A DNA stretch of 64,000 bases from Burkholderiales bacterium. Lineage in GTDB: Bacteria; Pseudomonadota; Gammaproteobacteria; Burkholderiales; Usitatibacteraceae. The stretch's first letter is position 1; every line of letters begins with the position of its first letter. A program made the translations under genes and the position numbers. The notes below the pieces were generated by a model. That model was not told the origin of the DNA. It saw only the letters and a program-made list of their open reading frames with translations, and did not search any database. Shown one piece after another: positions 9,713 to 18,016 of the stretch. The stretch covers positions 20,130 to 84,129 of the forward strand of contig JANNWG010000030.1 of NCBI GenBank assembly GCA_031414695.1. The letters are read 5' to 3'.

Positions 9713-10003
9713 CCTTTACTATTCAATGTGTAAAACACTAATCCTATTCTGCATGTGAAAGGGGTAAATCTCCAAACGATAAAACGCGATATTGCGATTC
9801 AAATTGACAAAAACAGCCTGAATTTACAATTGTTTAAAATTCTCTGTCATGCCCAGCCAACATCCGCCAGCCGCCGACAATAACGCGTCGCTTCCAACGT
9901 GCAATGACAGTTATAAACGGAAATTCACCAGCACATTTAATATGCTGCACGCAGCCTATCAATGCATCATTACAAAATAAAGTATAAGTTGAATTGATTG
10001 CTG

Positions 10004-10047
10004 AAATCCCACTCCCCAGAGGCGGAAATGCCAGTGGGGAAGGGTGG
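10004..10047 (-). repeat. degenerate REP family A-like element
   Basis: AAATCCCACTCCCCAGAGG...GTGGGGAAGGGTGG resembles the reverse complement of the GGAGGGATT tail plus a C/G-rich hairpin. Confidence 0.35.
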
Positions 10048-10085
10048 AGCGTATAATTATTTAACTAAAATTCACAAAAAATATC

Positions 10086-11120
10086 ATGGCAAAAGTGACT
10101 CAGCTCAACCTAACCGGTGCCCGCGTGCAGAGCAACAATATGCAAGATTGGCAAGCTAACAAGCACGCAAACGCTGACCGCAACCCCGGCACAAAATTTG
10201 ATGTTTCGGTGGTGCGCGATGTGCGTGTGAATCGTAGCGCGATTGAGCGTCGTGCCGCCACCATGTCCACCCGCCGCACGGTGAAAAAAGACTGGCAAGC
10301 CGCATGGCTGCTGCATGCGGTAAAGACCATTGACCTTACCACCTTAAGCGGTGACGATACGCCTGGCACGGTAAAGCGGCTCTGTGCGAAAGCCATGCAG
10401 CCGATTCGCCCAGCGTTATTGCGCGAAGTTGGCTTGCCAGAGTTGAAACTACAAACTGGCGCCGTCTGCGTCTATCACACCTTCGTCAAAACAGCAGTTG
10501 AGGCGCTTGCAGGTTCCGGCATACCGGTTGCCGCTGTCTCTACTGGCTTTCCCGCTGGGCTCTCGCCATTCGCTCAAAAAATTGAAGAAATAAAAGCTAG
10601 CGTCAAAGACGGTGCAGCAGAGATTGATATTGTCATCTCGCGCGAATACGTGCTCAATGGCGAATGGCGAAAACTCTATGATGAAGTCAAAGCATTCCGT
10701 GAAGCATGCGGCCCCGCGCACATGAAAGCCATCATCGCCACTGGTGAATTAGGCACGCTCAAAAATATCATGCGCGCCTCACATGTATGCATGCAGGCCG
10801 GATCAGATTTCATCAAAACCTCTACCGGCAAAGAGCCAACCAATGCCACCATCGGCGGCTCGCTCGTCATGCTGCGCGCCATTCGTCAGTATCATGAACA
10901 AACCGGTGTGCGGGTCGGCTTCAAGCCAGCAGGCGGTATTCGCACTGCCAAGCAAGCGCTTGATTGGTTGATTTTGATGAAAGAAGAATTAGGCGACGAA
11001 TGGATGCAGCCACATTTATTTCGTATCGGTGCTTCCGCATTGGTGAATGACATTGAGCGCCAGTTGGAACATTTTGCGACGGGGCGTTATGCGTCGATGC
11101 AGTATCAGGCGTTGGGTTAG
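10086..11120 (+). CDS. deoC: deoxyribose-phosphate aldolase (long form with N-terminal extension)
   Basis: DeoC core with Schiff-base lysine context FIKTSTGK, plus EIDIVISR and GFKPAGGIRT. 344 aa. Confidence 0.85.
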   Translation: MAKVTQLNLTGARVQSNNMQDWQANKHANADRNPGTKFDVSVVRDVRVNRSAIERRAATMSTRRTVKKDWQAAWLLHAVKTIDLTTLSGDDTPGTVKRLCAKAMQPIRPALLREVGLPELKLQTGAVCVYHTFVKTAVEALAGSGIPVAAVSTGFPAGLSPFAQKIEEIKASVKDGAAEIDIVISREYVLNGEWRKLYDEVKAFREACGPAHMKAIIATGELGTLKNIMRASHVCMQAGSDFIKTSTGKEPTNATIGGSLVMLRAIRQYHEQTGVRVGFKPAGGIRTAKQALDWLILMKEELGDEWMQPHLFRIGASALVNDIERQLEHFATGRYASMQYQALG

Positions 11121-11181
11121 TAGGGTAATACTAGGTTCTGTGAGCCTTCAAATTCTCAATTTACAGCAGCAAAATTTTACG

Positions 11182-11212
11182 CTGTCGCCCCGGATTTAGT
11201 CCGGGGTCTAAT
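11182..11212 (+). repeat. REP family B copy 1 (CTGTCGCCCCGGATTTAGTCCGGGGTCTAAT)
   Basis: Hairpin CCCCGGA-TTTAG-TCCGGGG. Identical 31-mer at 11853..11883 and an inverted variant at 11573..11603. Confidence 0.85.
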
Positions 11213-11254
11213 CCTATTGCAGAATGTGGTGTAAAACTTTAAAAGACAAATGAG

Positions 11255-11545
11255 TTGAGCAAACAATACTATGTTTACATCCTGACCAATCGCCAATATG
11301 GCACGCTATATGTTGGCATTACGGGCGATTTAGTGAGAAGGATTTATGAACATCGTAATGATCTTGCGGAAGGATTTACAAAGCAACAACAGCTACACAG
11401 ACTAGTGTGGTATGAAGTGCATGAGGATGTACACGCCGCGATAGCGCGAGAAAAGAAAATAAAAAAATGGCATCGCAATTGGAAAGTGAATTTGATACAG
11501 GCGATGAATGCGAAGTGGGAAGACTTATATGAAAAGATTGTGTGA
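11255..11545 (+). CDS. small GIY-YIG nuclease-family protein (96 aa)
   Basis: YYVYILTN...GTLYVGITGDLVRRIYEH...KKIKKWHRNWK is the GIY-YIG (YhbQ-like) signature. TTG start as listed. Confidence 0.85.
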   Translation: MSKQYYVYILTNRQYGTLYVGITGDLVRRIYEHRNDLAEGFTKQQQLHRLVWYEVHEDVHAAIAREKKIKKWHRNWKVNLIQAMNAKWEDLYEKIV

Positions 11546-11572
11546 GTTTACGAAAGTGAAGTTGTAGTCGAA

Positions 11573-11603
11573 ATTAGACCCCGGCCTTCGCCGGGGCGAC
11601 AAT
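11573..11603 (-). repeat. REP family B copy 2 (inverted orientation)
   Basis: ATTAGACCCCGGCCTTCGCCGGGGCGACAAT is the reverse-orientation variant of copy 1, immediately 3' of the GIY-YIG gene. Confidence 0.8.
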
Positions 11604-11704
11604 TTATGGATTTGTGGTTTAACTGTAGCCAGATAGTGTTTAACGTTTAAGAGTTGTAATTTTTCAATTTCTAAATCGCCAAACAACCAACAATCAACAC
11701 CAAC

Positions 11705-11830
11705 AACCAATAACCGCAACCAATAACCGCAACCGCAACCGAAACCGCAACCGCAACCGCAACCGCAACCGAAACCGCAACCGCAACCGCAACCGCAACC
11801 GCAACCGCAACCGCAACCGCAACCGAAACG
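11705..11830. repeat. hexanucleotide (AACCGC)n array with punctuating variant units
   Basis: The array reads AACCAAT (AACCGC)1 AACCAAT (AACCGC)2 AACCGA (AACCGC)4 AACCGA (AACCGC)8 AACCGA AACG. It is bracketed by CAAC-rich direct repeats at about 11694-11714 and 11833-11852. Confidence 0.95.
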
Positions 11831-11852
11831 TTAACAACACCAACCCAATAAT

Positions 11853-11883
11853 CTGTCGCCCCGGATTTAGTCCGGGGTCTAAT
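11853..11883 (+). repeat. REP family B copy 3
   Basis: 31/31 identical to 11182..11212. Confidence 0.85.
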
Positions 11884-11988
11884 TTCTCGTTCAATTTGCT
11901 GTGAACTTAAATCAGTCCACAAACAAAAGTACAAAACACATCAACACCTCGTGACATTAAAAAGATCGCAAAGAAAGAAACAGCATAA

Positions 11989-14439
11989 ATGAAAGTCGCC
12001 CAAATCTTCAACACCCTAGAATACGGCCCCGCCCCCGAAGCGGCCAAACCCGCGCTCGATTGGATCGCCGAGCACGACGGTAAATTTGGCATCTTCATCA
12101 ACGGCAAGTGGCGCGACCCATCGTCCAAAGAGTGGTTTGATTCGATCAACCCGTCGAACAACAAAAAGCTCGCGCGCGTCGCACAGGCAAGCAAGAAAGA
12201 CGTCGACGACGCTGTCAAAGCCGCACGCGCCGCATTCAAAGGTTGGAGCAGCACGCCAGGCCACATCCGTGCACGCTACCTCTACGCCATCGCTCGCCAA
12301 GTGCAAAAGCATTCGCGCCTCTTCGCCGTTCTTGAAACAATGGACAACGGCAAGCCGATTCGTGAAACACGCGATATTGATATCCCGCTGGTCGCACGCC
12401 ACTTTTACCACCACGCCGGTTGGGCGCAGCTGGCTGATAGTGAAATGCCGCATCATCAGGCGCTTGGTGTTGTCGGCCAAATTATCCCGTGGAATTTTCC
12501 GCTGCTGATGCTGAGCTGGAAAATCGCGCCGGCGATTGCGATGGGCAATACCGTCGTCTTAAAACCTGCCGAATTAACTTCTCTCACCGCGCTACTGTTT
12601 GCCGAAATCTGCGCGAGTGTTGGCTTACCGTCGGGCGTGGTGAATATCATCACCGGCGATGGCCGCACGGGAGCAGCGATAGTTGATCATCCCGATGTGA
12701 ACAAAATCGCCTTCACCGGCTCCACTGAAGTTGGCCGCATCATCCGCCGCGCCACCGCAGGCACGGATAAAAAACTCTCGCTCGAGCTCGGTGGCAAATC
12801 GCCCTTCATCGTCTTTGATGATGCTGACCTTGATAGTGCGGTCGAAGGCGTCGTGGACGCCATCTGGTTTAACCAAGGCCAAGTGTGCTGCGCGGGTTCA
12901 CGCTTGCTGGTGCAAGAAGGTGTCGCAGAAAAAGTCTATAAAAAACTCAGCGCACGCATGGAAAAAATGCGCGTCGGCGACCCGCTCGATAAAGGTATCG
13001 ACATTGGCGCGATTGTGGATACCAACCAGCTCAAACAAATTCAAGACAAAGTCGCACGTGGCGTCGCCGAGGGCGCAACACTCATGCAGCCTTCATGGCA
13101 GGTGCCCACAACCGGCTGCTTTTATCCGCCGACGGTATTGACCAATGTCGCGCCGTCATCATCAGTCGCACAAGAGGAAATTTTTGGCCCCGTGCTAGCC
13201 GCGATGACTTTCCGCACGCCAGAAGAAGCTGTGAAGCTCGCTAACAACACCCGCTATGGTTTAGCTGCCACCATCTGGAGTGAAGACATCAACTTGGCGC
13301 TCGACATCGCCACGCAAATCAAAGCTGGCACTGTGTGGATCAACTCCACCAACTTGCTCGACGCCGCCGCAGGCTTCGGCGGCTATCGCGAATCCGGCTT
13401 TGGCCGCGAGGGTGGCAAAGAAGGGTTGTACGAATACCTTAAGTTAAAACCCTCCCTTTCAATGAAGGGGCAGGGTTTTAAGCCTTCCCCTTCAAGGGGA
13501 AGGTTGGATGGGGATGGGTCACGATCAAAATCTAAAATACTACCATCCACAGCCACTTCCAGCAATAAACGCCTGAAAACGCCCGCCGATATTGCACTTT
13601 CAATATCTGCAATCGACCGCACCGCCAAGATGTTCATCGGCGGCAAACAAGCGCGCCCAGATGGCGGACTCTCCATCAACATCACCGCACCAAACAAACT
13701 CCTCATCGGCGAAGTCGGTGCAGGCAATCGCAAAGACATTCGCAACGCAGTCGAGGCCGCCCGCGCCGCACAAACTGGCTGGCAAAAAACCACCGCCCAC
13801 AGCAAAGCGCAAATCCTCTACTTCATGGCTGAAAACTTAGCCGCCCGCGCCAATGAATTCGCCGCCCGCATCGCCACGCAAACAGGCGCACACGCACACG
13901 AGGCCGCGCAAGAAGTGGAAGCCAGCATCAGCGCACTCTTCACCGCCGCCGCGTGGGCAGACAAATACGACGGCGCCATCCACGCCACCCCCGTGCGTAA
14001 CGTCACGCTCGCGATGAATGAAGCCATCGGCGTCATGGCTATCTTGCTGCCAGATGATCAACCGCTATTAGCCTTTTGCACGCTAGCCGCCAGCGCATTC
14101 GCCATGGGCAATACACTCGTCGTCGTGCCATCGCCCACGCACCCGCTCTCAGTGACTGACCTATACCAAGTGCTAGAAACATCCGACGTACCGCATGGCA
14201 CCATCAACATCGTCACCGGCGCGCGCGATGAGTTAGCGAAAACATTAAGCGAACACGAAGACGTGGACGCGATTTGGTATTGCGGTGAAAAAGAAGGTGC
14301 CGCTAACGTACAAAAAGCGAGTGCATCAAACATGAAACGCACGTGGGTGCTACCCGCGCGGGGCAATGATGTGCCGATGAATGAAATATTGCGGCAGGCA
14401 ACACAGGTTAAGAATATTTGGGTGCCTTATGGGGCTTGA
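11989..14439 (+). CDS. aldehyde dehydrogenase fused in frame to a truncated second ALDH-like module (816 aa)
   Basis: Residues 1 to about 485 form a complete ALDH (IPWNFPLLM, FTGSTEVG, LELGGKSP, QGQVCCAGSR, EEIFGPV). After a roughly 45-aa linker comes a second ALDH N-terminal/NAD-domain-like region (FIGGKQARPDGG, GVMAILLPDDQPLL) that stops before the catalytic Cys region. Confidence 0.8.
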   Translation: MKVAQIFNTLEYGPAPEAAKPALDWIAEHDGKFGIFINGKWRDPSSKEWFDSINPSNNKKLARVAQASKKDVDDAVKAARAAFKGWSSTPGHIRARYLYAIARQVQKHSRLFAVLETMDNGKPIRETRDIDIPLVARHFYHHAGWAQLADSEMPHHQALGVVGQIIPWNFPLLMLSWKIAPAIAMGNTVVLKPAELTSLTALLFAEICASVGLPSGVVNIITGDGRTGAAIVDHPDVNKIAFTGSTEVGRIIRRATAGTDKKLSLELGGKSPFIVFDDADLDSAVEGVVDAIWFNQGQVCCAGSRLLVQEGVAEKVYKKLSARMEKMRVGDPLDKGIDIGAIVDTNQLKQIQDKVARGVAEGATLMQPSWQVPTTGCFYPPTVLTNVAPSSSVAQEEIFGPVLAAMTFRTPEEAVKLANNTRYGLAATIWSEDINLALDIATQIKAGTVWINSTNLLDAAAGFGGYRESGFGREGGKEGLYEYLKLKPSLSMKGQGFKPSPSRGRLDGDGSRSKSKILPSTATSSNKRLKTPADIALSISAIDRTAKMFIGGKQARPDGGLSINITAPNKLLIGEVGAGNRKDIRNAVEAARAAQTGWQKTTAHSKAQILYFMAENLAARANEFAARIATQTGAHAHEAAQEVEASISALFTAAAWADKYDGAIHATPVRNVTLAMNEAIGVMAILLPDDQPLLAFCTLAASAFAMGNTLVVVPSPTHPLSVTDLYQVLETSDVPHGTINIVTGARDELAKTLSEHEDVDAIWYCGEKEGAANVQKASASNMKRTWVLPARGNDVPMNEILRQATQVKNIWVPYGA
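13449..13520 (+). repeat. REP family A-like double hairpin inside the ALDH linker
   Basis: CCCTCCCTTTCAATGAAGGGGCAGGG, then CCTTCCCCTTCAAGGGGAAGG, then TTGGATGGGGATGGG. Same architecture as the intergenic REP-A copies. Read in frame as SLSMKGQGFKPSPSRGRLDGDG. Confidence 0.7.
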
Positions 14440-14457
14440 GTAGGGGCTTGAGTAGGC

Positions 14458-14754
14458 ATGAAAAAAATATCTACGAAAAAAATTAACCAAGATATACCTG
14501 TTATTAAGCGTGACCAGCTGGGCAATGGCGTCCGAGGTAAATACTTTCAGCAAGTAGAGCAAATTAGTTTTGGCGGAGCAAAAATGGCAAGCACTCAACA
14601 AACTCGCAAAACAAGCGTAGTGGTAACTTCCAAGGAAGATGCGCTTGTAATTGATGCGCTCAAGCGATCTTCCAAAGAAGCTAAACAAATTGCACTAGCG
14701 TATAACTTACCGTTTATTGCGAGCAGAAAAAAATCGTGGCCTGTCCCCAAATAA
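14458..14754 (+). CDS. doubtful hypothetical ORF (98 aa)
   Basis: Lys-rich with no family. The last codons (KKSWPVPK) are encoded by a REP copy, so the ORF may be fortuitous or a remnant. Confidence 0.25.
   Translation: MKKISTKKINQDIPVIKRDQLGNGVRGKYFQQVEQISFGGAKMASTQQTRKTSVVVTSKEDALVIDALKRSSKEAKQIALAYNLPFIASRKKSWPVPK
14726..14752 (+). repeat. REP family C copy (GAAAAAAATCGTGGCCTGTCCCCAAAT)
   Basis: Direct copy at 15891..15916 (GGAAAAATCGTGGTCTGTCCCCAAAT) and a degenerate copy near 15768..15788. Confidence 0.8.
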
Positions 14755-14806
14755 ACTAAATCCGCCACTGTGTAAAGTCTCTAGCCACCAGCGATAACAA
14801 CATAAG

Positions 14807-15655
14807 ATGAAAATCCTGCCCGCCCAATTCGAGACCTATGACATTCGCCGTGTATATGATGAGAAAACCGAAACATGGTTTTTTTCTGTCATCGACATTA
14901 TCCAAGTACTCACGCAGCAACCTGATTACCAAACAGCACGCAAATACTGGAATAAGCTCAAAGAGCGGCTGGACAAGGAAGGCAGTGAGTAGGTGACAAA
15001 TTGTCACCGACTGAAGCTACCAGCCGCAGATGGCAAACACTACCTCACCGACGTCGCCACTGCGAAACTTTGCTGCGTCTAGTGCAATCCGTACCTAGCC
15101 CGAAGGCTGAACCGATCAAACTGTGGCTCGCAAAAGTAGGCTATGAACGCATGCAAGAAATGTCTGACCCCGCAATCTCACTCGACCGCGCCCGTGAAAC
15201 TTGGCAGAAATATGGACGTAGCGAGAAATGGATACAGCAACGCATGACAGGGCAGGAGACGCGCAACAAATTGACAGATTACTGGGCAACCCACGAGATC
15301 AAAAAAGGCGAGGAATTCGCCATCCTCACAAATTTGATTCATGAAGAGTGGGCAGGTGTCAGCGCGCGTTTTGGTACATGCACATAAGAAGATGAAGGGC
15401 TTGAGCCAACATAATCTGCGCGATCACATGAGCGAAGCTGAGCTAATTTTTACCGCACTCGCCGAATTATCCACGCGGCAGATTGCAGAGACCGATGAAG
15501 CAACTGGCATGGCAGAGAACAAAATCGCCACCACCAAGGGCGGCACAATCGCCAAGCAAGCACGCTATGCGCGGGAAGAAAAAACTGGCAAATCGGTCGT
15601 GACGGGGGAGAATTTTTTGCCGCCTAGCAAGTCGCCACGTAATAAGAAAATTTAG
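14807..15655 (+). pseudogene. Bro-N-domain protein gene, disrupted (1 in-frame stop + 2 frameshifts)
   Basis: Three consecutive ORFs (14807..14992, 15001..15387, 15341..15655) read as one conserved protein: FETYDIRRVYDEKTETWFFSVIDIIQVL...KEGSE*VTNCHRLKLPAADGK...ETLLRLVQSVPSPKAEPIKLWLAKVGYERMQE...NLRDHMSEAELIFTALAELSTRQIAE...VVTGENFL. There is a TAG at 14990, a frame change near 15065 and another near 15365. Confidence 0.8.
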
Positions 15656-15890
15656 AAGAAATGAGCGAAGCTGATATAGATGATGTGCAGACGAGAAGAA
15701 AATGGTTATTATTAAAATAATGAATGTTGAAAAATACGTACGTCGTATGAAACCTGGAAACGGTGGTCTGTCGCTGATTAGTTAAGAAATCACAGCAACT
15801 GAGCCGCAAATTTGTTCGGCGATGGGGGAAAGAGATTTGTGAAGTGAAGCATGATGCGAAGAGCAGATATGTAAAGTTGGTTGTTGGGTC

Positions 15891-15916
15891 GGAAAAATCG
15901 TGGTCTGTCCCCAAAT
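15891..15916 (+). repeat. REP family C copy
   Basis: See 14726..14752. Confidence 0.8.
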
Positions 15917-17101
15917 GGTTATGCTGAAACAGAATTACCAGGACAAGGACGGCTTGTATTGTGAAAATATATGACGCTGACCCCTTTGATGCTGCTTAGA
16001 ATTCATGCGGTCGAGCGCGGGCAAATTCTCATGCAAATGGATACGTCCTTGTCCGAGGCCGATACCAAAGCACTTAAGGCAGAGCTTGATTTGCGTGAAT
16101 TACAGATACGCCGAATCAATGCCGAGCTTGCCAATCAGCCATTGCTACGGCAAAAAGATGATGCGCCCGTGCTATTTGCAAAAGTCGCCGAGCAGCACCG
16201 CGCCTACCGCCAAGCCTACTTTGATACGGTCGCACAAGAGCGCGCAGGCTATGTTAAAGCCAAGCAAGAGCTATATGGCTCGCAAGAGGTGATGCGTAAA
16301 CTCAAATGGACGCTACCCTTCTACAAAAAACAATCCGATACCTTCGAAAAACTCGGCAAAGATGGCTTCGCCAGTGCACTACTCATTGAAGATAAACAGC
16401 GTGAATACGTCGAAAAAGATCAAGAACTCAAAGCACAGGAATACGCCATCGAAAGCCTAACCGCAGCACTAGATCAAAGTGAGCGACGCATCGCGCAGGT
16501 CACATCAAACTATCGCCAGCAGCTACTGGCCGAGCGGATGCAAACACTTAGTCAAGTCGAAAAATTAACCGGCGATTGGGAAAAGCAACTCCACAAAAAT
16601 ACGCTCCTCGAACTCAAAGCCCCCGCCGCCGGTATCGTCAAAGAAATCGCCACACATACCCCAGGCACGGTCGTCACACCTGGCACTGTACTCGTCACCA
16701 TCGTGCCTGCTGATGAACCACTCATGGCCGAAGTGCAAATCAAAAATAGCGATGCCGGTTTTATTAGCCGCGCAACGCCTACCAAAATAAAAGTGGCTAG
16801 CTTTCCATTTCAAAAATATGGATTAGTCGAAGGCGAAGTCGCCCACTTCAGCGCAGATGCAACTGAAACTGTAGGCGGCAGGCCAGAAGAAATCAACCAA
16901 GAAGGCCGCCTAGCCGTTACCGCCAACTACAAAGCACAGATAAAACTCAACCAACAACACCTCATCCGCGACGACAAAACATTTCGCCTACTACCCGGCA
17001 TGCAAGTCGTCGCCGAAATTCACCTAGGCTCACGCAGCATATTGGAATACCTGCTTTCGCCGGTGCAGAAGACGGTGAGTGAGGCGGGGAGGGAGCGGTA
17101 G
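15917..17101 (+). pseudogene. HlyD-family type I secretion adaptor, 5'-truncated with in-frame stop; orphan
   Basis: The C-terminal roughly 370 aa are HlyD-like (coiled-coil region, LKAPAAGIVKEI, GMQVVAEIHLGSRSILEYLLSPV). The N-terminal TM region is missing. The reading frame continues upstream (GYAETELPGQGRLVL) through TGA at 15962 and then ends at the REP copy. No ABC or OMF partner lies nearby. Confidence 0.6.
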
Positions 17102-17297
17102 TGATGATGATCGCGACAATATTTAGGAGGAAAATAATGATGTTAATTGAGATGAGAAACACGCCTATTGGCGGATGTCTACGAGCAAAAGAGGCTGAAA
17201 CGGCAGGCGCTGATTGCACTTTGCAAACCAACATAAGAACAACCCAAATCGACGTTAAACGTATCGCCGCTAACGATATTCAATATTCGAGGGCAGC

Positions 17298-17927
17298 ATG
17301 AGCGACCCCGCCATTCACAAACCCAATGTCTGGAAGAAGCATGCGATCACGCTAGTCAGCTTGGTCGCACTTTGGTTAGTGTGGAAGGCTGATGTCTTCT
17401 GGCACTACTATCAGTTCAGACAGCTTTGTGCAGCGGAGGGGGGCTTACAAGTAGCAGAGCCACTGAGGAAAGGCGCAGTGTGGACGATGAAAAAAGGTGA
17501 TGTGCGAAGCGCTTTGATCGTAACCAAAGAAATTCCAAATATTGCTTTCATAAGAGTCGATAGGCAAAAGTATGACCCTCTTCTCGAATTGGCGGAAGGC
17601 AGTCTTCTTGACATCAGGTACGTGGCCGGTCAGTTTCACAAACCTGAGGGTGATTATTTCAGGGTAGCCAACGAGTCAGAGCGCGTGCTGTATCACCTCG
17701 ACCTAGATGTAACTGAACAAAAGCAAGACCGTGTTCGACGCTGGGTCCATGTTGTGAAAGACAAGAACACAGGCAGTCCGCTAGCCAGTTTTACGCAAGT
17801 TGAATTCCTTTGGCGAACGATTCCCGTTTGGCATTGGTTCGGGCCTTCTGGGCAATCAGGATGTCCGCTAAAACACCCAGAAACGATTAGCTACCAAGAT
17901 ATTCAACAACGCGCATTCAAGGACTAA
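17298..17927 (+). CDS. hypothetical membrane-anchored protein (209 aa)
   Basis: N-terminal TM helix (ITLVSLVALWLVW) followed by a soluble domain. No family recognised. Confidence 0.5.
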   Translation: MSDPAIHKPNVWKKHAITLVSLVALWLVWKADVFWHYYQFRQLCAAEGGLQVAEPLRKGAVWTMKKGDVRSALIVTKEIPNIAFIRVDRQKYDPLLELAEGSLLDIRYVAGQFHKPEGDYFRVANESERVLYHLDLDVTEQKQDRVRRWVHVVKDKNTGSPLASFTQVEFLWRTIPVWHWFGPSGQSGCPLKHPETISYQDIQQRAFKD

Positions 17928-18016
17928 GACCATGACGATCAACAACATTCAACTACTTGCATCACGTTCTTTATTGGCACAAGCCACATACGCAAAAGTA
18001 TCTGGCAGTCCAACTC

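Noticed and set aside
9849-9974. 41-aa upstream ORF / leader peptide before deoC, downstream of TTGACA-N15-TACAAT at 9804-9830
   Set aside because: There is no Shine-Dalgarno sequence and no recognisable attenuator structure. The promoter spacer is short. This is too speculative to list as a feature.
11671-11934. ORFs encoding (VA)n and (RL)n peptides (11671..11934, 11694..11894)
   Set aside because: They are simply translations of the hexanucleotide array. No start context and no flanking coding signal.
12016-14366. Multiple 70-155-aa ORFs in alternative frames within 12.0-14.4 kb
   Set aside because: All overlap the aldehyde dehydrogenase reading frame, which carries complete ALDH motifs.
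14807-15655. Prophage remnant
   Set aside because: A lone, disrupted Bro-N gene has no integrase, structural or lysis genes nearby. It is treated as an isolated pseudogene.
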